A stretch of DNA of 60,464 nt, the filler included, from Vannella sp. (Eukaryota): NCBI GenBank assembly GCA_023345925.1. It is 5 parts of 5 records of this genome, joined end to end, with 100 filler letters (N's around TTAATTAATTAA, not from the genome) between each part and the next. Parts side by side here need not be neighbours in the genome. Positions count along the whole stretch, not along the records: positions 34,984 to 52,302 come from JAJQQN010001227.1; positions 52,403 to 60,464 come from JAJQQN010001416.1; 3 more parts are not named here. One strand, 5' to 3'. The translations under genes and the position numbers were made by a program. Under the pieces are notes generated by a model that worked only from the letters and a program-made list of their open reading frames with translations, searched no databases and was not told where the DNA came from. Shown one piece after another: positions 49,474 to 60,464 of the stretch (position 1 is the stretch's first letter; each line of letters begins with the position of its first letter).

Positions 49474-52302
49474 CTAGAAGAACCCACCAGCCATTGCAGC
49501 CATCATCATGAGGGCTTGTTGGTTGTGGGATTTTGTGGGAACTTGGCGACTTTCGCAGGTATTCTCGGAGATCAGAAGAGTGATTGCCTTCCGCCAGTCC
49601 TCTCCTCCCTCTGCAAATGGATTCACGTCAGTATGAAAGGGCTGAATGAGACGGATTGATTCCTCATTACCTGGTTTGGCCGACATGGTCCGGAATTCGG
49701 GAGGTTCTCCCCCCAAACGCCGGATGGACTTGGAGATATCACGATACTTGTAATGGTTCTTCCCAAAGCAAAAGAAGATGATTTCAAGCGCTGATTTGAA
49801 AGTGTCAAGTGCCTCCGAAGGGTGCGATTTGCTTTGCACTTCCGCTAGCGACATTAAGACATCTGCCACCTCTGGATGGTGCTTGTCAAGGGAAGCGCGG
49901 AGGGTTTCTAAACTGAATTGCATCAGACGGCCCGCCTCTTCTTCTTGGTGCTGTGCCGCAGCTAAAAGGCCGCGTTTGTGCAAACAGTATCCCATCTTGG
50001 GATGGTCTCTACCAAGTGCGTTTGAAATGATATCAGACGCCCTAAGAAGCTCCTCTTCTGCAAGCGCAAACCGATTTTGGTCAATGTAAACGAGAGCGCG
50101 ATTCTGCATTATGTCCGCGACTTCCACATCTGAGCTGCCCAGGCAGCGCGTCATTATCTCTGACGCTTGCCCGTACACCATCAGGGCTTTCTGGTAATCC
50201 TTCTCTTTGCGCATAACATCAGCTAGATTGGCCAGATAGAGACCGACTTTGACGTGTACGGCACCAAACTCTTTGAATGTCACTCGGATTGCCCTTTCAT
50301 AGACATTACGGGCTTCTTGGTAACTTCCAAGCTTCTTGTGAACCAAACCGATGTTGTTGAGAACCTCGGCATACTCGCTGTTGTCATTACCTAAAGTCTC
50401 TTCAAAGACTTGAAGTGCTTCGTTGTACGAAGCAATGGCCGATTCAAAGTTGCCACTTTTGCGTTGTAAGTCTCCAATGTTGTTTAGACAGCTAGCAAAC
50501 TTGTAGTGGCTCTTCCCAAAAACGGATTGAATAATTCCCAGACTTTCTAAATAGACTGGGAGTGCTTGGCTGTACTTTCCTTGTTTCTTCAGCAGAATGC
50601 CAATTGAGTTGAGGACTTGTGCTACTTCGGGGTGTGTTTCTCCACATGTCTGACGGACTGTTGCTAAAGAGGACTCGTACAATGTTCGAGCAGTTCCATA
50701 CTCTCCAGTCTTACGATACACATCGGCTACCTCGCAAAGAACCGAAGCAAAGCTCAGCGTGTTCTCTAAATTCTTTTGGCGGAATATTTGGAGTGCTTTG
50801 GCGTACTCTGCCTTGGCTTGGGGGTACTGAGAGTTCTTCTTGAAGACAAGAGCAAGATTCCGGAAGATATCGGCTAGTTTAACGTGTCCCTCTCCCAGTA
50901 CCTCAACGAGATTCTCGTAGGCCTTATTGTACAAGAGGACCGCTTTCTCAAAGTTGTGCTGTTTGCGTTCCAAGTCACCCAATTCTACATACAGTTGAGC
51001 CATCAGGCTATGGTCGACTATAGTGCAGCGTAAGGCCAATTGGCAACAGTAGGAATACTGAGATACGGCTGCTTCGTAGTTTCCAAGCTTCTTGTGGAGG
51101 AGCCCAACCAAAGAGTGTTTCTTCAAGTCATTCGAACCTTGGCATGCTCTGATAGCTGGCGATATCGCAGATTGATAATCCCCATTCCTGTACAATGCCA
51201 AAGCGAGGACGTGTTCGAAGTCCTGATTTCCAACGAAGGATGAAGCAACATTAGTGGCTAGTCGAGCAACTTCTGAAGTGGTGAGGAGTTCCTCTGTGAC
51301 AAGTATGATATGAAGAATGGAGGTTGGTGAACATGTGGAGGGAGAAATTACTCCACTCATCAAATCGACAAGATTACTAGTTCCCGCGCACTCCCAAAGA
51401 GATGCCGCCTCCCGGGTTGTTAGATGGCTGTAAATGTGATTGAGAAGCCTCGGAGAGCAGAGAGTTTGCTGTAAGCGTGCACAACAATCTGGCCCTGATA
51501 ACTGCGCGAGGGCAAAAGGCAATTCTCGTCCACAGCGAGAAGCATTCGCATGTTCCAAGAAGCGGGCCAATTGGCGGACATACACTTCCTTTGCATTTTG
51601 TGAGGGATAGTAGCGGTGCTGAATTGCGTTTGCAAGGCAAGTGAATGGAAGGGAGAGAAGTGAGTCGATAGATTCCGTGAATCCCTTCAAGGTGTAGAAG
51701 AACGGGTCCCAGTCCTTCCCTTCAACACCGATGAGTTCCTTAAGCTCCAAAGGAGTAATGCCTGAGTGAGCTAAAGATAGGTAACTCATCGCGCTGGATA
51801 CCAAATCACGGGCTGGTCCAACAGACCCGTTGAAAGTTTGTTCCCAATCTTCCAGGATCAATCCGAAGAGGGTCTCTGCTGTTTCTGCGGCGAGATAGCG
51901 AGACAAGGATCCCCCTAGATTATCAAACGTGGCCATATGAACCATTTGGTCCAATACCAGACGGAGGAAAAGAGGAGAGGCGGTGGCTTTGCTTTTGACA
52001 ATTTGGCTGATGTGGGAAGCTGACAGTTTCTTCCCGAAAGACTCAAGGTACTTCAAAGTGAAGCTCTCTCGATCTTCGCCGGACCAGTCAGTCAAATGGA
52101 TTTCGCCCTTTTCCTTTCCCACGTTTGAACCTGAGAAGAATCAACCACTGCTATCGCTTTCCGCCCGTTCTCTTTCACCTACAAGTGAATATCAATATGA
52201 TGCTTGTCGGCAGAGATGCTGGAAGCCAGTCAGTGTGAGGAAGACTATGGAATCCTGGAAGTGCAATAATGCATCTTTCAAAGGCGCGTTGAGACTTCAT
52301 TT
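49474..52302 (-). CDS. TPR-repeat protein, NPHP3/kinesin-light-chain-like repeats after an NTPase-associated helical region, 5' truncated
   Basis: YLESFGKKLS..SPLFLRLVLD; many ~42-aa repeats such as HPEVAQVLNSIG..KKQGKYSQA. Confidence 0.82.
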
Positions 52303-52402
52303 NNNNNNNNNNNNNNNNNNNNNNNNNNNNNNNNNNNNNNNNNNNNTTAATTAATTAANNNNNNNNNNNNNNNNNNNNNNNNNNNNNNNNNNNNNNNNNN
52401 NN
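52303..52402. other. Artificial contig linker
   Basis: N44-TTAATTAATTAA-N44. Confidence 0.97.
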
Positions 52403-53615
52403 CAATACCAAAGACGAAGTGGCACATCAGATCGACATTCCTGCTTTCCAGGAGAAGTTAAATCTTGTGACTCTCTCTCCCGTCGAACGAGCCATCTATG
52501 AGTCAAGTGTGCTATCTCAGGACCCTGAATATTTGAGAAAATTGATCAGTGACCCTGTGGACGCTGTGCGGTCGAGACGGTTAGCTCTGAGTGATCCCAA
52601 ACTGTTGGAATCGCTAAAAGATGAGCACGAGAACAGTTTATTAATCGAGCAAGCCTGGCTAAAGAAAGCACGTAGCGAGATTGAATATCTTGAGCAGCAG
52701 TCGCTCACGAAAGCGACAATTCGCTCGGATGTCACTGTGCAGTTGGAACGATTGGAGTCTCAAATCCCGCTCTTGGAGGACTCAATTCTGAAAACCCTCA
52801 GAATGATTGCATGTTTTACTAACAAGTTTGTTCCTGAGGCCCCTTTGGACGAAGTTTGCGAAGCGGGCTGTGGCCAAAATGCAACCGGTTGCTTCAGCTT
52901 CAAATGTGGTCATCGTCTATGCGCTGAGTGTTTACCACAAATTTTAGAAGTTTCTGAGAGATCTTGTCAATGTTGCTACACTAAGCTGGACTTCACTCAG
53001 TTGGATCTTCCAGCAACGGGTAACTTTGCAATGGCTGCTGAAGAAGACGCCTCTCCTGAGCAGAATTGGTGCGCATACCTACGGGAAAATTACGGTAGCA
53101 AGTTTGCTGCCACAGCAAGTTATCTGCAGGACATTATGAAGTCTAACGCTGCTGATGTGAAGATGATTGTCTTCTCCCAGTTTGAATCCGTTCTACAAAG
53201 GATATCGACCGTGCTGCAGGAAGCGGATCCTCAGACCTTTAGAAACAATATTGCCATTTGTAAGGGCAACGTGCATTGCCGAAACAAGCAGTTGGACCGC
53301 TTTCGTAGCTCAGGTGAAGGATCGGCTCGAATTCTGTTGTTGTCGTTGGAGAACACTGCTTCTGGATCACACCTTGCAGTAGCTACACATGTTCTCCTCT
53401 TGGATCCCATCATCGATTCTGCAAATAAGGGGCGGGCAGCAGACGCCCAAGCGATTGCCCGAGCTCATCGATTGGGACAAACTGACTTGGTGACAGTCAT
53501 CCGCTTCATCGTCGAAAACACGATCGATCAAGAAGACTATCAGAGAGCAAACGGTACTCTGACATTCCGGCAACGCAACAAATCTGCTCGCAGCGCCTTC
53601 TCAGAACTGGCTTGA
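52403..53615 (+). CDS. SNF2-family RING helicase (RAD5/SHPRH-like), C-terminal part, 5' truncated; paralog of the next gene
   Basis: C3HC4 RING; YGSKF, IVFSQ, QAIARAHRLGQ. Confidence 0.87.
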
Positions 53616-53847
53616 GACTCCCATTCGCTTTCATTCTTCTGAAATAAATCCTTCCTCATCTGATTTACTTGAACCTTTGCACGTTCACGAAGAGACGTAG
53701 TCCAGAGCCAATACCTAACATTGAAGATAGATGTGGCGACACACTTTAGGCGGGAAACGAAAGTGCGACCAGTTTTTTTCCTGGAAAAAGAAGTAAGTTA
53801 CAGGAAGGAATCCGGACTTCCGATTTCTTTGGCCACAACCTTCTTTC

Positions 53848-56691
53848 ATGCCTAAGAGAAACAGAGCTCTGGTCTCAACATCTCCGTCTTCTTCTCCTCC
53901 TGCGAAGAAAAAGAGGACAAGAACTCCTTCCCGAACACGTGTTTCCAAGAAGGCGGACGAATCATCCACTGTTCAGCGGAAGAAAGCATCTCTTTCTTCA
54001 GATGTGGTAGCAGCTAGAACCTCTAGACCGCCCTTGGTGATAGAAAGTAAGTTCTCTGGCCTCCCTTGTCTCGATTTCTTACATCCCTCGCAGTCCCAGT
54101 GAAGATGACTGGATCTCCCATCCTTGGATTTGGAGATGAAGTGTTATTCCTACGAAGTGACAGAGTTCTACCACTCGCAAACCTCCCTCCCTTGCTTTGG
54201 GAAGGCGTTTGCGCCTACCTCTGCCTGACTGATCTTCTCTCCTTGCGGCTAAGCTGTAAGCGAATGAAGTTCATTCTTGAATGCTTCGTTGGTATGAATC
54301 AAATGGAGCACCCCAAATCTGGTAAATTGGATGAAAAGTGGACAAATCAGAACAGACGCGGCAGTTGTTTCTTGAAGTCCCGGGAACTTTCTCTTGCCCT
54401 GCAAAGAGGTGAACCAGTACCACATGGTCTCAAAGAGGCTCTCTATCCCCAGCTCTTGGCCACATCACACCAGCTCTGGACCAATCTCTCTTGGAATCTA
54501 CCTTGGGCTCCAGAACCAACTATTCCCGCTCTTTCGCAGCCTGACGACCTTTCCATCCAGCTCTATGAGTACCAGATCAACAATTTGACTTGGTAAGTGC
54601 CTATTCTCCCGTTCTATCTCCTTCTCAGTGTCTAACGAGCCTCTCAGGATGGTTGACGTGGAGACGAAAGTTCTCTCAGGTGAGGGCTTCACTTTCTCAA
54701 ACTTGGCACAAATCCCAACGCTTCCTCTTGTATTCAACCCGTTCGAATCGGAGAAGAACATTAGATTGATACCAAGACCCCCAACAACCCACAAAAGCTA
54801 TGAAAACTCATTGCAAGCTTGTGGTGGCTTCCTGGCCGATGAAATGGGACTTGGCAAGACGATTTCTATGATTGCGTTGATCCTCTCCAACCCAAGGCCG
54901 TGTGATGAGAAAGGAGCTTTTACCTCGAGTGCCAGTGAAGTCGAGCAAGTGGAACTATCTATTGTTACCAAGGCAACGTTGGTTATCTGTCCCAGCCATC
55001 TGGTTGACCAATGGATGAAGGAAATCACCGCGAATACGAGCTTGGAGTGTATCACTGTGTCGACGACCGTTCAGCATCGTAGACTAACCTACGCGTCGAT
55101 GCTCGAGCCTGATGTCGTCATTGTCTCTCAAAACTACCTTTTCAACAACCCAATGTATCAGCTTCTCCTGAAGAGAAGAGGAACCAGAGTGAACCCCAAG
55201 TTGACTCATTCTCGTCCTTCCTTCCACAGCGTTGATTGGCACCGAATCATTCTGGATGAAGGACACGAAACCATCGCCAAGTATGACATTGGAACAGAGT
55301 TCCGCAGTAACTCTCGCTGGTTTGTGACTGGAACTCCGTTTCCCACCGGCGGCGAAGCTTTGCTACGAGCTTGCCAGTTTCTCGGGGTCATGAAAGACTT
55401 CGAGAATGAGACTTGGATGTCTAGCCTGGTTTACAGTCAAGCAGTGAAGCGGTTCCTCTACCGGCGGAACACCAAGGAGGAAGTGGCTCATCAAATCGAC
55501 ATTCCTGAATTGCAGGAGAAGACCATCGCTGTGAGCCTCACTCCTCTCGAGCGAGCAATTTATGAAGCAGCTCTCATTGACCAAAAACCAAGCCATTTAA
55601 GGAAGATTATCTGCGACCCTGTGGACGCTGCTGAGCCTGTGGGATCCCTCGAAGACCCTGACCTTGCTACCAAGTACATCAGCACTTACAAGAAATTGCT
55701 GGTAGCCGACCAGTACACCTTAAAGGAAGCCATTAACAAGATTCGGAACCTGAAGCAAGAGATAATGAAGGAGAAGAAAGGAGAGATTCTTCCCGATCCT
55801 AACCGAGCTCCCCTCCTGAAGCGATTGTCCGGCAGTATCCGGGGCTTAGAGAACGCTGTTATCAACCGCCTCCAACAAGTCGCTGCTTTCACTGGAATGC
55901 TTCTCAGTGAGGTCTCTTTGGAAGAGATTTGTGAAGCTGGATGTGGTCAGAATGCCTCTGGATGCTTAACCTTGATGTGTAACCACCAACTGTGCACTGA
56001 GTGTTTGCCTCAGATTCTAAAGGTGTCTGACAGGTCTTGCCAAAGCTGCCACACTAAGCTGGACTTCACAAAGGTGAATCCTCCATCCGTTGGTAGCAAC
56101 AACTCGGCCGCCGGATACAACGCGTCTCCAAACGAGTCTCTTTGGTGCACAGACCTTCGTCTAAACTACGGTAGCAAGTTTGCCGCCACTGCAAGTTATC
56201 TGCAGGACATTATGAAGTCTAACGCTGCTGATGTGAAGATGATTGTCTTCTCCCAGTATGAACCCGTTCTGCAAAAGATCACGACCGTGCTACAGGAAGA
56301 GGATCCCAAGACCTTTAAGAACTCCATTGCGGTTTGCAAGGGCAACGTGCATTGCCGGAACAAGCAGTTGAATCGGTTCCGCAGCACAGGGGAAGGATCG
56401 GCTCGAATTCTGTTGATGTCTTTGAAGAATACCGCTTCTGGAACGCACCTTGCAGCAGCAACTCATGTTCTTCTGTTGGATCCTGTTGTTGGTTCAGCCA
56501 GTGAGGCTCGAGCTGCCAACGCCCAAGCCATTGCCCGAGCTCATCGATTGGGACAAACTGACTTGGTCACAGTCATCCGCTTCATCGTTGAAAAAACGAT
56601 TGATCAAGAAGACTACGAGAAGGCAAACGGAACTCTCACATTCCGGCAACCCAACAAGTCGGCGCGAAGTGCCTTTTCAACAGTCGTTTAG
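53848..56691 (+). CDS. NLS + F-box-like + SNF2 ATPase + RING + HELICc protein (2 introns)
   Basis: PAKKKR; LPPLLWEGVCAYLCLTDLLSLRLSCKRM; LYEYQ; GGFLADEMGLGKT; IILDEGH; TGTP; RING; QAIARAHRLGQ. Confidence 0.88.
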
Positions 56692-56963
56692 AAGGATCTT
56701 CGATCAATTCTCATTCCCAGCCCACTTGATGGCCCTCTTTAAAACATAAAAATCATCGTTCGCATTGGTGCCAGTCGTATTAAGAAGCACTTTTCAACGG
56801 AGGCCAGCGGACGTGGTTTAGTGGGGCGTGAACTCTCTTCAGAGATTCAGTCTGGAAACTCCCACAAACTCCAGGAATTAATCCAAGATGCTTTATCTTG
56901 CTAACTTGTCCAATTTCAGACTTGAAATCGGGAGGCAACAACACGTTGAAGGGAGAGGAGGTT

Positions 56964-59205
56964 CTAATCGGTCTTGTGGAAAACGAGAACAGAACGCGAC
57001 GGTGAGTAGATCAGCATCGAATGAGAAAGATTATTCAACGGAGTGGGATTGGAGAAGAACTCGGTGGAATGATTCAGCCGTTCGTGGCCCCCAAACTCGG
57101 CTTGGTCGCTGTCCAAGAGGATTTGATACTTGCCAGGTGTCTGCAAAGGGATTCTATGGTCGCTGTAGGACTGATTGGGGTGGAAGTTGAAGCAGAATAC
57201 CAGCCCAGCGCGCTCAAAGACTACTAGCTTCTGATATTCATCCGCAACAGAGACATATGCTTGTTGTGAGTTGAGCCACTGCCGCTCCTGTTCAAGGTGA
57301 AGCATGGCGTGGTCCCAGTTCTTCAGGTGTTGGTACCGAAGAAGAGGATCTTTGATGAGATTCCACTGGCGGCGGGCATAATGGTAACTGGAGTTGTTCC
57401 CTTCCCGAGGGAAATCGATCCATTCGGGGTGACCAAACTCGTTGCCCATAAAGTTGAGGTATCCTTCTCCTCCTAGAGCACATGTGATCATGCGAATCAT
57501 CTTGTGAAGCGCAACACCGCGGTCTACAACAGGAGTGAGAGGTATCAGCACTGTCATCTGGTCGTACATGGCTTTGTCCATCAGCCAAAAGGCGATTGTC
57601 TTGTCTCCCACCAGAGATTGGTCGTGAGACTCAGCGTAGGCGATGGTCTTCTCCTTGTAGCGCCGGTTGATAAGAGTGTAAACAATATGGCCCATTCCCC
57701 AGTCCTCATCGGGGGACTCCTTCAGGAGCTTGATCCACATGTCAGGAACTCCCATGGCCAATCGGTAATCAAATCCAAGCCCGCCTTCTTCCACAGGAAC
57801 GCAAAGCGCTGGCATACCGGAAACATCTTCTGCAATTGTGATCACCTGAGGATAGAGAGAATGCAGCAGGTCATTGGCCAATGTCATGTAAAGCACTGCG
57901 TCCATGTCCACGAAGGAACCAAAGTACTCGCCATAGCCGGACACAAAGTCGTGGTCCACGCCGTGGTGCGTGTAAAGCATGGAAGTGACTCCGTCAAACC
58001 GGAATCCGTCGAATTGGTACTCTTCCATGTACCAACGGAGGTTACTGAGGAGGAAGCGAAGCGTCTCCCACGAGCCATAATTGAACAAGCGGGAGTCCCA
58101 AACGGGGTGATGGCCTCTCTCTCCTCCGTGGAAGAGGCAGTAGTCAGTTCCATCAAACAGATTGATTCCATCTGAAACGTTCTTAGAGGCGTGAGAGTGA
58201 ACCACGTCAAGAAGCACCGTCACTCCCAGAGAATGAGCAGTGTCGATGAGCTCTTTCATCTCATCTGGTGTGCCATAGCGAGAGGACACAGCGAAGAAGT
58301 TGGTGACTTGATAGCCAAAAGAAGCATAATAAGAGTGTTCCATAATGCCCATCAGCTGGATTGCGTTGTAGCCCAACTCTGCAATGTAGGGGAGGACCTC
58401 CTCCTTGAACTGGTTGTAGGTAGAGACACAAGGCTCTGAGCTGGACATGCCAATGTGCGCCTCGTAGATCTTCAGGGACTCCACTGCCTTTCCAGTCTGG
58501 ATGGAACGTTCCTTCGTGTGCTCCCATTGGTAGGGTTTCGGGGGATACCAAAAGATGCCATTGAAGTTCACCGTACCAGGTTCCTGAACCACGCGGGAGA
58601 TCCACAAGGGGATGCGATCCTCTATATCGCCGTTCTCAAGGACCATACTCAACTACACCTCATCAGGATCACTCGTGATGGAAGGAGAAGAAGCTCAAAC
58701 CTTCACACGGGTGTTGTGGGGGATGGCCATAGTTCCATCAGCGTTGTCAGGGAGGAACAGATGCCAGCGACCAAACTCTTCTCGTCGCATCAAGTACTTG
58801 TCGTTGTCACGGTCCCAGTTGTCTGTTCGGATATCAGGAACACATTCCAAGCCAATATAATGGACTATAGGTATGATGTACGTACTAAAATCACCGATGA
58901 GGGAGATGGAAACAGCAGAGGGGGCGTATTCTCGTAGGCTGATGCCGCCTCCCCCGACGCGGAAGCCAAACAGCTCATAACCGCGGGAGAACCGATCCAA
59001 GCCACCTTCTTTTGTAAGGATCTTCCTCTCTCTCGTTAGCCATCACCAAGAACCCACCAACAAACCCAATATTACTCACCTCGTCCTTCAGTGACTGCAA
59101 AGCAGAGTAGCGCGCTCGCAGCTGCGGGACAAAAGGAACCAGATATTCGTCATACTTTGTCACGTAAGTGCCGTCTCCGACAGCCGTTTCAGCGTTGTCC
59201 TGCAT
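56964..59205 (-). CDS. GBE1: 1,4-alpha-glucan (glycogen) branching enzyme, GH13
   Basis: [64 protein letters not shown]. Confidence 0.97.
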
Positions 59206-59326
59206 GGCGCACGAAAGTATGACCAATGGGAGAGAAGTTTCGATGGTTATCAGGTTCCTTTCGCTCTGCCTGTTTGATATTATTTAATACAATTGTTCCC
59301 GATCCCATTTAATATGGGACTAAGAC

Positions 59327-60299
59327 TCAATCGGAAGTGGGAGTGCGGATGAGGACAAAGATGATGGTGATGTTGTCCGTGTAGGTTTGGGCAGTCTTCT
59401 TGCAGGCTTTGGCTACCAACCGCGTGCAGATCTCTTTGGCGTCTACTCCTTCTTCCAGCAAGCCCCCGATGAGGAGCGCCACCTCGTCATTACTGTACAC
59501 GTCCCAGAGCCCATCACTCGCTATCTTTCCTGTGTGTATCAGTAAAGATTTGTCATTGGAGAAGAGTAGACTCACCACGACACCCACGGAACTCTCCTTC
59601 ACGCGGTGTTCCACCAGATCCGGTTTGAGGATGACTAGGTTGCCTTGCTTGAGGAGAAGGTCTCCAGCTCCTCTTGAGATAGCAAGACCACCTCGATTGT
59701 TAGCGGTGTACACCCTATGAGGTCCGCAGATACCAAAGAGCTAACCCCATCAGTTGGTGGGTCTTCCTCAGCAGAGCACTCACGCTGGTCTCTTTGACAA
59801 ACCCTCCAGCTTTTTCGATGCGTTCCTTCTCATCAGGGCGGTTGGGTTTGTGGTCTTCTGACAACGCCTTGCCTTTGTAGGTGGTGCCGTCATGTTTTAC
59901 TAGGATAGCCCTTGAGTCACCGCTGTTGGCTACCCAGAAGGACTGAGGAGCGCCCAAAAAGCTTGTCATGACAGCAAAGACAACTGTACTGCCGTCATTC
60001 CAAAGATTCGGGTGGGTCTCAGAGAAAGCCTTGTCTGTTACTTGGAGACCTGCCTCCATGGCTGCGGGTATGTCTTCTGGGAAGGTACTTTGGTCAGCAA
60101 CGTCTTTGTGAAGTCGTTCGGCTAAAAGAGAGGAAGTAACATCTCCTCCATGTCCGTCATACACCCCAAAAAAGCTCCATGTCTCCCCCTTCAAAGTCTC
60201 CTTAAGGTCCCTCATATCCTCTACAATACAATATCGATCTTCCATGTGCGCTCGAGTGCCTCGTCCTTCCGCCACACCGCAGGACCATGAAGAAGCCAT
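59327..60299 (-). CDS. Protein phosphatase 2C (PPM family), multi-exon
   Basis: GTRAHMEDR, GVYDGHGG, ANSGDSRA, DHKP, GLAISRGAGD, SDGLWD, DNIT. Confidence 0.95.
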
Positions 60300-60464
60300 C
60301 AAAATGACCCATTTGGAGGTTTGTTCTATCAAAAATTGAAAATCACCCAATTACTCGGTGACCGATGCTTCCCACTTCGGGGCATTTCACCTGAATCATC
60401 ACACCTTTTTGTCCAATCAGAGCCCACCCGATTTGTGCCCTGTCTGGGCCATCTTTTGCTGTAA

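Overview
Gene-dense eukaryotic DNA, probably from a protist; an amoebozoan-like organism is inferred from the NF1 RasGAP, the CLU-domain protein and the 4-TM family. Introns are short GT-AG introns (mostly 35-65 nt) and intergenic gaps are tiny. The window is five contigs joined by four artificial 100-bp linkers (N44-TTAATTAATTAA-N44), so synteny is valid only within each contig. About 29 protein-coding genes are identifiable; family calls come from motif recognition, not database searches. Highlights: (1) a contiguous deoxy-sugar nucleotide cluster: GDP-mannose 4,6-dehydratase, GDP-fucose synthase, NDP-rhamnose epimerase/reductase and inorganic pyrophosphatase; (2) that pyrophosphatase is fused to what looks like a catalytically dead fructose-1,6-bisphosphatase N-terminal domain; (3) an animal-style overlapping MOCS2A/MOCS2B locus with leaky-scanning signatures; (4) a stand-alone PheRS-alpha N-terminal module; (5) a giant mosaic surface protein with 8 CUB domains; (6) tandem SNF2-RING paralogs, one with an F-box, sharing an identical 67-nt patch. 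No rRNA, tRNA, CRISPR or transposon was recognised.
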